Shown here piece after piece: positions 42,157 to 54,673 of a DNA stretch of 64,000 bases (position 1 is the stretch's first letter; each line of letters opens with the position of its first letter). Source of the DNA: Eledone cirrhosa (taxonomy: Eukaryota); NCBI GenBank assembly GCA_964016885.1, contig OZ024747.1, forward strand, positions 55,800,001 to 55,864,000. Reading direction: 5' to 3'. The position numbers and the translations under genes were made by a program. The notes under the pieces were generated by a model. The model saw only the letters and a list, made by a program, of their open reading frames with translations, ran no database searches and was not told where the DNA came from.

Positions 42157-44710
42157 AAGATAAAGATAATAATGACAAAAATAAAAGCAAAGAAGGGGGT
42201 GAGAAAGAAGAAAAGAAAAGATAGCCAAGAAGGGGAGGGAAGGAAGGAAGAAAACGAAGAAATAGAAGAGGGATGAGGGAGAAGAGGGGGATATATGTAT
42301 TGATTTTGTGGGTAATTAAAAGGGTTTAGATACAACAAAAGGGTATAAAGTCTAAGTATATGCAGTTTGTCAGTTGGTAGTAAGAGGTTAAGGGTTCGAT
42401 TTGTAGTGCGAAAACTTCTCTTTGAGTCTATGGTTACAATAAATAGATCTTTCGATTTTATTGTTGTGTAACTTATTCTTCGAACTTAAGATGTGGAACA
42501 GCTCAAGGTCGCATAACCGACAGCTTCTCATACCACTCCGATATGGGGCCGCGTTCGATAATTTTTTTCCACTTCAGGGTGTATTGATGGTTACTTTCCC
42601 TCAGTTGCCAGGTCTTGTTTGCAAGGGTAGTTACATAACGGTGCTGGGAATGTTTCATTGCGTAACGGTGTGTATACCAACGGGCTTTAAATGTATTCCC
42701 AGTCGCTCCGATGTAATACCATTTCTGGTTGTCTGATCCCACTGTACATTGGTAAACCAGGTTAGACTGCATACATTCATTATGTAATGGACAGGTTTCA
42801 GGTAGGTGGCAGTTACAGTTCTTGTCATGGGCAACTTTGGCATTATTTGTGGGCTGCGATGCCTGTACTAGTGTGTTACGTTTTGTTTGCCTATTAGCGG
42901 GTGGCTGTGTATTAGATATTATGTTGTGTTCGGTGGTGATTGTATTGTTATTGTTGTAAATTTGTGTTTTGGTGTTGTTATGTATCTTTTTAGCATTAAG
43001 CATCTTAATGTGTGCCTCTATATTTGGTGCCATGGAGTAAGATAGTCTAATAGATTTAGTATTAAGGATTTTGCTGTATCTATGTGAATCTGGAAAGTGC
43101 TTATTTATTATTCTAAAGAGGGTAGAGGGTAGGTTAGTACTAATAGAGGTGTTAAATATGGGGTTATACCAAATATATTTTCTACTGCGTGACTTGTTTG
43201 ATTTCGATGTTGTATTTCTATTTGCCGTATATTTTGCAGTTCTATGCGTAAGTGCGTGTGTGCGTGTGTTACCGGAGTTTGTGTTATGCGTGTTCGTGTG
43301 CGCTTCACGGAGGCTTTCATCTATATATTCTACTCTATCTAAGTGGCCTGCCTTGTCTAATGCGGTATTGTAGTATTCTGCATGTTCTTCGAAGATTTGT
43401 TGGTTAGACGAGAGGCGGGAGATCCTAAGGGATATGCTGCGTGGAATGGATTTAATTGTGGATAGTGGGTGGTTTGAGTTACAGTTGATGTATGCTAAGT
43501 TTTCATTAATCTTGTGAAAAGGTCTTTAGGTTAAGCGTCACGTCTAGAAAGTTAACTAGCTAAGTTAACTAGGCCTAGTTTTCCTAGTTTTCTTTCTAAT
43601 ATCCTTACGGAGTCTTTCTATGCTCTGGTTATTTAGGTTCTTAACTAGGAGAAGGGCGTCGTCTCTGTAGATTCCACCGTGAAGGTTGCTAAACTCACTT
43701 TGTAAACTATGGGCTATGTAAATACCTACTAAATCTGTGACTTGAGCCGAGTCGTTAGCCCCATCGTGATGTCAAAGTTATTTAATCTATCCTTACGTTC
43801 CCAATAGGCGTTTTCAAATTTAATTATTGTTTTCCTAGCAGCTAATATGATTTTTATCTCGTCGTCTGTTATGTCAGAATTGGCTTTGGCGAATGCTAAG
43901 GCTTTATCCAAGGTCTTGGGGGATATAGATGAGTAATAATCGTTAATGTCAAATTGTATAAATTTAGATGCTTCTTTGTTAGCTATATTGTTAAACCACT
44001 TAATTGTTTCGGTAGCGTTACCCCATAGTTTAATCACTAGTTTATTATTCATTTGTGCTATCACTCTGTCTAATATATGTTTACTAATTTTCCCGTTGTC
44101 CGATTTGGACGGGCATATAAGTCTAATTGTGGGGTTATAATCAAAATTTACCTTGTGGTCCTTGAGGTTAAATGTGGGTGTACATGGCCTAAGTGGCTCC
44201 GTTCTGTCGTCTATTCCTAGGTGTTTGACTATATTGTGTGCCTCGTTGTTGATGTTTATCAATGCCGCCTCATTAGTTATTTTGTATTTCCTATGTAATT
44301 CCTTCCGTATGAAGCTATTGTATGTATTAACATCCATCGTATACACATTTGATGTTTTGTCCGCTTTGACAATAATTCCATTGGTGGTTCGCAGCTTTTT
44401 TAGGAACGTATTTATGTCATTCTGGAGTTTATTATTCCTCCGCTTTTTGAATTTGATATTCATAATCATCTTCAGTAAGTCCTGTTCAAAGGTATCCAGT
44501 TGAGGGTTGGTAGGTGGGTTCTTACACGATTTGAAGCCGTATGTTTCCTTGTTGTATTCCACGGTGCGACCATTACGTCCTTTGTCGAAATGGAAAGTTT
44601 TCCATCTAACTCTGCGTATAAAGTCGTTTGTTCGCTGTATCATCCCGAGAGTATAATGGCTTTTTTAACCAAGAACTAGATCACAATAAGCAATTTTTGG
44701 CTTCTCTAAC
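41451..44710 (-). mobile_element. Naiad-like PLE, near full length but frameshifted
   Basis: ORF 43729-44643 has FIRRVRWKTF, KADKT, LKDHK..RLICPSKSD and FIQFDINDYY. GGIYRDD lies at about 43655-43680. ORF 42503-43033 has NCNC-x5-CP-x4-C, LVYQC..YYIGATGNTFKARW (GIY-YIG). Assigning 41451-42150 to the same element is uncertain. Confidence 0.85.
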
Positions 44711-44736
44711 TATATATATATATATATATATTTATA

Positions 44737-45995
44737 TATCATCATCATCATCACCGTTTTACGTCCGTTCTTCCACGCTAGCATGGGTTAGACGGGTTGT
44801 CCTGTTGTGGGCAGTGTCTGGTCAGCTGACCATGCCTTGCTCATACAGGAACTGATTTGGCTTGATTTCTACAGCTGGATGCCCTTCCTAACACCAACCT
44901 CATTTACAGTGAGTGCTGGGTGCTTTTTCGTGGCGCCTACACGTCCACTTTACAGTGTGGGCTGGGTGCTTTTTTGCCGTGGCACCTCCATGACCACCTT
45001 GCGGTGGGGGGGGGGGGATATTGTCTATATACTTCAGCTTGTACCCATGGGAGGTCGGGTACTCTGTATTACTGCGTGACGCCAGAGGTCACGGTCGTGT
45101 GTCATTGCCTTTGAGAGGTGTAATTGGGTAAGGTCGGCTTTTATCACTTCCTCCCAGGTCATCTTGGGTCTCCCCACTCCGCGGTTTCCATCGACTTCTA
45201 GTGCTCTGCACCTTTTTATGCAGCTGTCATCCTTCATACGCATCACATGTCCATACCAGCGCAACCGCCTCTCCTGCACACAGCATTTGATTCCTCTTAT
45301 GCTCAGGCTATCTCTCAATTCATTTATGCTTTGTCGTTCACGTATATAACTGTTACACATCCATCGGAGCATGCAGGCTTCGTTTCTCTCTAATCTACGT
45401 AAGTCTTCCACCTTCAGCGCCCAGGTCTCACTACAATGCAACATCGCTGTTCGGATACACGCATCATACAGTCTGCCTTTCATTCTGAGGGAGAAGCCTT
45501 TTGCAGCTAGCAGTGGTAGTAGTTCCCTAAACTTCTTCCATCCCGTTCTTACCCTTGTTATTGTACTTTCTGAACACCCACCTCTGCTGCTAATTCGGTC
45601 ACCTAGGTAGCAGAAGCTGTCTACTGTTTCTACAGAGCCCTCCCAGAGATTGGTGGTACTTGTTTCCTGTGGCTGTTTGCTGCTGCATGTGAAGCCTACA
45701 TTCTTAATTAAGCTTCCTGAGATCCCGCTACATCTCTTGTGTACCCATTGTTTGCATTTGGGGCAGAGAATGGAGTTCCTACCTACACCTTTCCTACATA
45801 CTGAGCAAGGCCATTTCCCTGAGGGGATTTGGGTTCTGTTTTCTCGTCTACTTACAAGGACCTTAGTCTTTGTCATGTTGACTTTGAGACCCTTTCTTTC
45901 TAGTCCCTGCTTCCAAGTTTGGAATTTCTTCTCTAGTTCTACCATAGATTCAGCTATAAGTGCGAGGTCATCAGCATACAGGAGTTCCCATGGGC
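44737..45995 (-). mobile_element. 5'-truncated RTE of a second subfamily (ORF 45034-45945)
   Basis: Begins at [10 protein letters not shown]. The C-terminus is clearly homologous to but diverged from 27971-31084. It has a (GAT)n tail. Confidence 0.9.
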
Positions 45996-45999
45996 ATCC

Positions 46000-46426
46000 G
46001 AACTGCAGAGACTAATGTTTCTAGGTATCACCCTTCATCAGTACAGCTCACTGTTCACCTGCCTACTGTCAGAGCGAGTGAAAATATATGCTATTTTCTA
46101 AAATATACAGTAACTGATCGGCCTAATTTGCATATTAGTAGAGTGGCAGATCAGTCAGATCTGCATATTAGCAGATCCACTGATCAGCCTGATTTGCATA
46201 TCAGCAGACTGGCCCATCTGTTTCCTGTATACAAGCGATAAATGGGCGGCTTTGTCACATTCAAATAAAAATATGCAAATGACTGATCAGCCAGTCTGCT
46301 AATATGCAAATCAGGCCGATCAGTCACAGTATATTTTACAAAATAGCATATATTTTCACTAGCTCTGACAGTTGGCAGGTGAACAGTGAGCTGGGTGATA
46401 CCCAGAAACATTAGTGTCTGTAGTTC
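46000..46426. mobile_element. Palindromic MITE-like element with ~150-bp inverted arms
   Basis: 46000-46157 is approximately the reverse complement of 46279-46426. Internal subrepeats CTGATCAGCCTGATTTGCATATxAGCAGA are present. No TSD was seen. Confidence 0.7.
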
Positions 46427-46576
46427 TGTTTACATGCCAACACAAGAGCAAGAATGAAGGGTTCATTCTACTGAGATGGCTATAAAAATGAGGCTTGTTT
46501 GCATAATTACAAACAAATCAGATGTTATTATTAATATTCGAAAAACTCAGATTACATATATATATATATATATATA

Positions 46577-48190
46577 ATGTAGTGATAATATATCGTTACG
46601 TTAGAGATGAACAGCGTACGTGCAGGTTTGCTCAACGAGTATAAATTATATTCCGGAGAAAATGTAGAAAGGATGAATATAAAATGAAAGTGCTTTTGTT
46701 AAAAAAGGAATTTATTAGGTATTGACATATGTTATGCAATAAACACAATAATAGTCGCACACTACCAAACAGAAGGCGATGTAAGGAGTATATTTGGTAC
46801 AACCCGGTCTATAACAACTCTATTAAAACCAATCTACCCTCAAAATTCTTTCGATTAGTTAAAACACACTTTCCAACATCACATAAATATAATAAAATCT
46901 TAAACCCTAACACTATTCGACTTTCATATTCAACCGCCCCTAATATTGAACAACATATAAAAAAGCTTAACGCAAAACGGTTGTATAAACGCCTTCCAAC
47001 ACATAACAATACACGTAAAACATTAGCTATAACATCACAAAACAACAAACAACGTCCTGTCCTACATAAGCAACCTCATCAACCCATCCATGGCAATACA
47101 ACAACGCAAAATTATAATTGCAACTGTGTCCAACCAGGAATGTGTCCGTTGAACAATCAGTGTCTTGAACGCAACATCGTATACAAATGTACTATCGAAT
47201 CGGATAGACAGAAGTGGTACTATGTGGGATCTACAGCCACCTCCTTCAAATCACGCCTTTATAGACATCGTTACTCGATAAAACATGAAAACCAGCGTTA
47301 TGTAACAACACTCGCAGACAAGGCTTGGCAGCTGCGTGAAAATAACCAACAATTTCACCTAAAATGGGATATAATAGTGGCTGCCCCCCCATATACCCAT
47401 GGACAGGATTTTGTAAATTATGTAATGTAGAATTATTTTGTATTATGAAATCCAAAAACATTTTATTAAATAACAGAATAGAGCGATCGTTATACTGTAA
47501 CCATCGCTTAAAATCTACATTTTCATATTATAAATACTACCAGGATTGAACGCCTGTCTCTATCCCAGTTTGATTGTCAAAATAGATATTAACATTCTTT
47601 ATTAGTCTTAATTCTATCAACTCTTCTATTATTTACCTTTTAATACAAACTGCTATAGATAAAATGAGATTTCTGATTTCTTGATTCAATTCCCTAATGC
47701 ATATACCAGCTGGCTACTAGCATTGATGTTATTTAGTAGCAATCGAAATCTCCCCCTTCCCCAATTGACACTTTATAATTAATACTACTGCACCAAATGA
47801 CCAGCCCTGTCCACTGTCCAGTTGGTCAAGTAGAGATTAAAATTGGCACTCCCAAAATTCTTATTTAGATTTACTCATGGTATTCTCATTAGAAACCCAT
47901 TATATACTTGTTTAGCAGTAAATTAATTTACCATCTGTCATATACTATCCCCTCTGTTCCTTCCTCTTTTACTAATATAAATACTTCAATTTTTCTGATT
48001 TTATCCAATTTATCCAAAATCTCTGAAGAAGTGACAACTGATTATACATTTGCTATCGAATACTTGCTAACATTATATGATTACGCAAGCAGCGATACAT
48101 AGGTATTCGGTCTGTTACAGAAACATATGTCAATACCTAATAAATTCCTTTTTTAACAAAAGCACTTTCATTTTATATTCATCCTTTCTC
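46577..48190 (+). mobile_element. 5'-truncated Naiad-like PLE with an inverted tail-bearing terminal copy
   Basis: ORF 46729-47430 has IWYNP, NCNC-x5-CP-x4-C and IVYKC..YYVGSTATSFKSRL. ORF 47364-47549 has CKLC..CNHR in another frame. 46667-46732 is the reverse complement of 48123-48188. Confidence 0.85.
48023..48138 (+). ncRNA. Hammerhead-like motif with long stem II in the PLE 3' end
   Basis: CTGAAGA (48023), a ~90-nt hairpin closed by GTGACAACTG/CGGTCTGTTAC, then GAAA-CATATG-TC (48120-48131). Stem III is the palindrome ACATATGT. Stem I is poor. Confidence 0.5.
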
Positions 48191-48393
48191 TCTATATATA
48201 TATATATAAAGGTTTAATATAGAAATGGCTTCTACAGGACTGATAACATGATGTTTACACTCTACTAATGTATTGAATACCTTACTCTGGTTACCCTCAA
48301 TTGAATCCAGTACTTATATATATAACAAATAAAAAAATGGAGTTAAAAACTCATATTAAACATATATCTCTGTGTACTTCTCTCTATATGTTG

Positions 48394-48430
<37 letters not shown>

Positions 48431-48554
48431 GTAGGAGGTGAGTTTTATTGTAGTACAATAAAGCAATGCAGATATCGGATAAGAAGCACTCTACAGTTTG
48501 TAGGACTGGAGTATACATAATATAAGATCAAAAGATGGTTAAAGGAGTTCCATG

Positions 48555-48625
48555 TATTTTATTATGCGCATTTCAAAAACAAACATCATCATGCAATAAT
48601 ATTTGTGTTTTCATCAGATAAAACA
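48555..48625 (-). ncRNA. Hammerhead ribozyme (left-arm copy)
   Basis: Reverse complement of the 54573-54643 motif, with TCATCAG at 48611-48617. Confidence 0.8.
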
Positions 48626-50070
48626 GGAGAACATGATATGAAGGCTAAAAGACACTTGTGGATAGTGCAGTTTTAAATCAACATATGAAAAGTGGTTTTA
48701 GATTGATGTGTGATATTGGGAAAAATATTTTATTTAGAGAGGGGTGGGGGTGGGGGTGGGGGGTGGAAAGGATGAAAAAGGGGAGGAGATGAGAGGGACA
48801 GATGGGTGATAGAGAGAAAGAGATAGTTTTTATAACTGAGAGGAGATATATTGTTTTACATAGAGAGGTTGAAAACCGTTGGAAGATAATGTATAAATTA
48901 AAAGAATTTGAAAATTAACTAAGGGAGGATATGTGCGAGGAAAAAATATTTTATTTAGGGAGGGGGGTGGAAAGGATGAAAAAAGGGGGAGGAGATGAAA
49001 GTGAAGGTGGAGAGGGAGAGATGGGTGATAGAGAGAAAGAGATAGTTTTTATAACTGAGAAAAAGATATATTGTTTTATATAGAGAGGTTGAGAACCGTT
49101 GGAAGATAATGTATAAATTAAAGGAATTTGAAAATTAACGAAGGGAATTTATGTATGAAGATAGAGAGAAAAAATAATAATTGTGGATGAATATTCTAAC
49201 GTCAAAAAAAGTGTATGTTGATAAGTATTGTGGCAATTTCAAAATTAACGAAGAGAAAAATTATTAAGGTTTGTGTGTAGAAGGATTTGAGAAAAATAAT
49301 GTGAAGTTAAAGTTTGTATATTGAAGGAATTGATAATATATGCGACTAAAGAGTTAATATGTATTAAGAATGAGTTCGTTGATGGGGAGAAAAAAATAAT
49401 AAATTAAGGATAAAATTGAGATTAAAAAGATTTATGATAGAGAGAAAAAATAATAATGATTGCGGATGAATATTCTAACGTCAAAAAAACAAATGTATAT
49501 GTTATGAAGGATTTTACAAGGTGAAGATAGAATGAGGGTAATGAGTAAACAAGTATTATAGAGTGTATAATACCCTTTAAAGTAAGGTAGGAAGATGGGT
49601 ATATTTTAAAGAGGTGTATGTATATGTGCCTTTGAGAAAAGATTCTAAATTGATAAAGAATTGAATATTAACTGTATACTTTGTGAAAAGTCCTATGGAA
49701 TTTATGCAGGCAGATAGAAAACAAATCTGTACGTCTATTTATTATAGAATCTAGGTTAGAGATAATGGTAAATTTTTCATTTAGGCAGAGATTAAAGATT
49801 TTAGAATAGAGAGCTGTTCGAGTATGAGGATGCAGAAGAAACCTTCTTCCAAAAGATGGTATATTTAATGTTTTTGTCTTTTAAGGACCATATGAGTTCT
49901 GAGAGAGCAGTGTTGGTTCTTTTAAGTTTGTATTTGAAAGATGAATGATGATTATAGAGACGAGCTTTAAAAGAGGTGGAAGTGGAGCCAAAATAGGCGA
50001 AGGAATTGGTGCTAGTTATAATTTTACATTCATAAATTAAGTTTTTATCGAGACAATGGTTGTTGAGAGG

Positions 50071-51972
50071 TCATTTATTTTTAATGCGGCAGTTGCAATT
50101 AGAGAGATTATTAATGAGTGACCTAGTGTTATCTATAGAAGGAATTGGATTGGAGAAGTTGTTTGCGATAGGAATAATAGTTTCTTGATTTAGAGTTGGA
50201 TTATGAACATTTAGCGAAGTTGTGTTTGACGTTGTATTTGGGTTTACAGAAGTTAGCCTAGGGTTTACAATGACGTCGGGAGTACTATTACTGTTATTAT
50301 GAAATTCAATATTGGAAGGAAGAGATTTAGTATTTAGTATTTTATTGTTGTGTTTAGAGATGATGTTGGAAATATTGGAGGATGTAGAATAAGAAAATTT
50401 GATGGTGGGTTTGTTAAATATTTTACTATAGATATGTGAGGGAGGGAAGCATTTATTTAAGGCACTAAAAAATAATTTAGGAATATTGTTATTAATAGAG
50501 ATGGAGAAAGGAGCATTATACCAGATTATGTTTTTGTATCTAGGTCTTTTATTAAAATTATTGGAATGATCATGATTAATTATTCTACTGTAAGTTTTTC
50601 TAGAATTTGTTTCTTTACTATATTTGATTTTATCTGGATAGCCGGCTTTAGAAAGTGCGTTATTATAGTAATTGGCGTTAGCATCAAAGATGTTTTTATT
50701 AGAAGATATGTTAGATATTCTTTTTCCAATATTACTAACTATAGCATTCTTGATATTGGTAGGATGGTTAGATTTAAAGTTAACATAATTTAGGTTCTCA
50801 TTGTTTTTATGGTAAGGGTAATATAGGCCAGTGTCAAGATTAAGAGATACATCCAAGAAATTAGCTAGTTTGATACTATTATCAAATTCAATTTTTAGGT
50901 TATGTTGGTTAAAGAGATTACGTATATTGTTCTTAATAATATTAAGGTTAACTATATTGCAATTTAGGATAGTAAAAAGTCCATCGTCACGATAAATTCC
51001 ACCGCGAAGTTGAGGAATTTTCCGACTCAAAGAGTTCAAAATGAAGATACCAATTAAATCAGTCAATTGGGATGAATCGGATGCTCCCATTGTGATGTCG
51101 AAGTTGTTAGAGGTATCGGCTCTGGTCCAATATTCGTTGTTGAACTCTAGGATGGTTTTACGTGCGGTGAGGATGATGTGAAGTTCATCTGTGGTGATGT
51201 CAGAATATTTAAGTGCGAAAGATAGAGCATTATTGAGAAGTGAAGGCTCCTTAACGGTTGAGCGTTTACTAACAACCCCCAGATCAGATTTAGAGGGGGC
51301 GATTAATCTAACAGGTAGTTCAGTGCGAAAATTGTTTCTGTGATCCTTGAGATTTATCCTCGGAGTTCTTGGGAGGAATGGTTCGGTCTTTTTTTCAATG
51401 CCAAGTTTTGACATAATCTCAGAGGCTTCAAGGTTTATGTATTCTAAATTTTCATGGTTGGTTTTACGATACTTTTTCCTAAGTTCCTTTAGGATAAGGT
51501 TGTTATAATTATCCTTGGAAATACCATATAAGTTATTGGTTTTGTCAGAGTGGACTAAAACATTTTTTGAGGAATTTAGGTTAGAGATTGTGTTCTTGAG
51601 ATTTACAAGGTGCTCTTGTCCTTTGTAAGGGTATCTCTTGAATTTAAGATTTTTTATTATTTTAGTTAATTCTTCCTCGAATTGTACTAGATTTTTGTTG
51701 GAAGGAGGATTTCGTCTAGAATTAAAAAGATGATCGAGGAAGTTATGTTCTTTGGTATGGAAGTTCCCTTTTAGGCGCTGGTCATAGAAATAGGCTGTCC
51801 ATCTAAGTCTTCTTACGAAGGAGTCAGTTTTTTCAATAAGAAGTTTGGTGAATTCAGATTTACCAGGTATAGGAATGTCTTTAGTTGAATTGGTTATGTT
51901 GTAATAATCCATGTTGTAGAAGAAGAGGTGAAGGACCATCAAAAGGTATCCAATATGAGAGTAAGCGCTCAA
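50071..51972 (-). pseudogene. PLE ORF, left arm: N-terminus plus RT lacking motif A, stopped by TGA in the zinc finger
   Basis: STKDIPIP..FVRRLRW, HSDKT and RLIAPSKSDLGVVSK are joined directly to RSTVKEPSLL. About 50 aa including FDIxxxY are missing relative to ORF 43729-44643. GGIYRDD is present. The likely start is the ATG of MDYY near 51912. Confidence 0.85.
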
Positions 51973-53570
51973 CCGTTAAGGAGCCTTCACTTCTCAATAA
52001 TGCTCTATCTTTCGCACTTAAATATTCTGACATCACCACAGATGAACTTCACATCATCCTCACCGCACGTAAAACCATCCTAGAGTTCAACAACGAATAT
52101 TGGACCAGAGCCGATACCTCTAACAACTTCGACATCACAATGGGAGCATCCGATTCATCCCAATTGACTGATTTAATTGGTATCTTCATTTTGAACTCTT
52201 TGAGTCGGAAAATTCCTCAACTTCGCGGTGGAATTTATCGTGACGATGGACTCTTTACTATCCTAAATTGCAATATAGTTAACCTTAATATTATTAAGAA
52301 CAATATACGTAATCTCTTTAACCAACATAACCTAAAAATTGAATTTGATAATAGTATCAAACTAGCTAATTTCTTGGATGTATCTCTTAATCTTGACACT
52401 GGCCTATATTACCCTTACCATAAAAACAATGAGAACCTAAATTATGTTAACTTTAAATCTAACCATCCTACCAATATCAAGAATGCTATAGTTAGTAATA
52501 TTGGAAAAAGAATATCTAACATATCTTCTAATAAAAACATCTTTGATGCTAACGCCAATTACTATAATAACGCACTTTCTAAAGCCGGCTATCCAGATAA
52601 AATCAAATATAGTAAAGAAACAAATTCTAGAAAAACTTACAGTAGAATAATTAATCATGATCATTCCAATAATTTTAATAAAAGACCTAGATACAAAAAC
52701 ATAATCTGGTATAATGCTCCTTTCTCCATCTCTATTAATAACAATATTCCTAAATTATTTTTTAGTGCCTTAAATAAATGCTTCCCTCCCTCACATATAT
52801 ATAGTAAAATATTTAACAAACACACCATCAAATTTTCTTATTCTACATCCTCCAATATTTCCAACATCATCTCTAAACACAACAATAAAATACTAAATAC
52901 TAAATCTCTTCCTTCCAATATTGAATTTCATAATAACAGTAATAGTACTCCCGACGTCATTGTAAACCCTAGGCTAACTTCTGTAAACCAAAATACAACG
53001 TCAAACACAACTTCGCTAAATATTCATAATCCAACTCTAAATCAAGAAACTATTATTCCTATTATTCCTATCGCAAACAACTTCTCCAATCCAATTCCTT
53101 CTATAGATAACACTAGGTCACTCATTAATAATCTCTCTAATTGCAACTGCCGCATTAAAAATAAATGTCCTCTCAACAACCATTGTCTCGATAAAAACTT
53201 AATTTATGAATGTAAAATTATAACTAGCACCAATTCCTTCACCTATTTTGGCTCCACTTCCACCTCTTTTAAAGCTCGTCTCTATAATCATCATTCATCT
53301 TTCAAATACAAACTTAAAAGAACCAACACTGCTCTCTCAGAACTCATATGGTCCTTAAAAGACAAAAACATTAAATATACCATCTTTTGGAAGAAGGTTT
53401 CTTCTGCATCCTCATACTTGAACAGCTCTCTATCTAAAATCTGTAATCTCTGCCTAAATGAAAAATTTGCCATTATCTCTAACCTAGATTCTATAATAAA
53501 TAGACGTACAGATTTGTTTTCTATCTGCCTGCATAAATTCCATAGGACTTTTCACAAAGTATACAGTTAA
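51966..53570 (+). CDS. PLE ORF, right arm: C-terminal RT, zinc finger and GIY-YIG endonuclease (5'-truncated, open frame)
   Basis: FDITMGA, GGIYRDD, NFLDV, SNHP, IIWYNAPF, NCNCRIKNKCPLNNHC, LIYEC..YFGSTSTSFKARLYNH, CNLCLNEK and CLH. Confidence 0.85.
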   Translation, partial: RSTVKEPSLLNNALSFALKYSDITTDELHIILTARKTILEFNNEYWTRADTSNNFDITMGASDSSQLTDLIGIFILNSLSRKIPQLRGGIYRDDGLFTILNCNIVNLNIIKNNIRNLFNQHNLKIEFDNSIKLANFLDVSLNLDTGLYYPYHKNNENLNYVNFKSNHPTNIKNAIVSNIGKRISNISSNKNIFDANANYYNNALSKAGYPDKIKYSKETNSRKTYSRIINHDHSNNFNKRPRYKNIIWYNAPFSISINNNIPKLFFSALNKCFPPSHIYSKIFNKHTIKFSYSTSSNISNIISKHNNKILNTKSLPSNIEFHNNSNSTPDVIVNPRLTSVNQNTTSNTTSLNIHNPTLNQETIIPIIPIANNFSNPIPSIDNTRSLINNLSNCNCRIKNKCPLNNHCLDKNLIYECKIITSTNSFTYFGSTSTSFKARLYNHHSSFKYKLKRTNTALSELIWSLKDKNIKYTIFWKKVSSASSYLNSSLSKICNLCLNEKFAIISNLDSIINRRTDLFSICLHKFHRTFHKVYS

Positions 53571-54572
53571 TATTCAATTCTTTATCAATTTAGAATCTTC
53601 TCTCAAAGGCACATATACATACACCTCTTTAAAATATACCCATCTTCCTACCTTACTTGTTTACTCATTACCCTCATTCTATCTTCACCTTGTAAAATCC
53701 TTCATAACATATACATTTGTTTTTTTGACGTTAGAATATTCATCCGCAATCATTATTATTTTTTCTCTCTATCATAAATCTTTTTAATCTCAATTTCATC
53801 CTTAATTTATTATTTTGTTCTCCCCATCAACGAACTCATTCTTAATACATATTAACTCTTTATTCGCATATATTATCAATTCCTTCAATATACAAACTAT
53901 ACAAACTTCACATTATTTTTCTCAAATCCTTCTACACACAAACCTTAATAATTTTTCTCTTCGTTAATTTTGAAATTGCCACAATACTTATCAACATACA
54001 CTTTTTTTGACGTTAGAATATTCATCCACAATTATTATTTTTTCTCTTATCTTCATACATAAATTCCCTTCGTTAATTTTCAAATTCCTTTAATTTATAC
54101 ATTATCTTCCAACGGTTCTCAACCTCTCTATGTAAAACAATATATCTTTTTCTCAGTTATAAAAACTATCTCTTTCTCTCTATCACCCATCTCTCCCTCT
54201 CCACCTTCACTCTCATCTCCTCCCCCTTTTTTCATCCTTTCCACCCCCCCCCTCCCTAAATAAAATATTTTTTCCTCGCACATATCCTCCCTTAGTTAAT
54301 TTTCAAATTCTTTTAATTTATACATTATCTTCCAACGGTTTTCAACCTCTCTATGTAAAACAATATATCTCCTCTCAGTTATAAAAACTATCTCTTTCTC
54401 TCTATCACCCATCTGTCCCTCTCATCTCCTCCCCTTTTTCATCCTTTCCACCCCGCCCTCTCTAAATAAAATATTTTTCCCAATATCACACATCAATCTA
54501 AAACACTTTTCATATGTTGATTTAAAACTGCACTATCCACAAGTGTTTTTTAGCCTTCATATCATGTTCTCC

Positions 54573-54643
54573 TGTTTTATCTGATGAAAACACAAATATT
54601 ATTGCATGATGATGTTTGTTTTTGAAATGCGCATAATAAAATA
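54573..54643 (+). ncRNA. Hammerhead ribozyme, type I, with palindromic stem III
   Basis: Stem I is TGTTTTAT/ATAAAATA and the core is CTGATGA (54581-54587). Stem II is AAACACAAATATTAT/ATGATGTTTGTTTTT, followed by GAAA (54624-54627). Stem III is ATGCGCAT, with an AUA cleavage triplet ending at 54635. Confidence 0.85.
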
Positions 54644-54673
54644 CATGGAACTCCTTTAACCATCTTTTGATCT

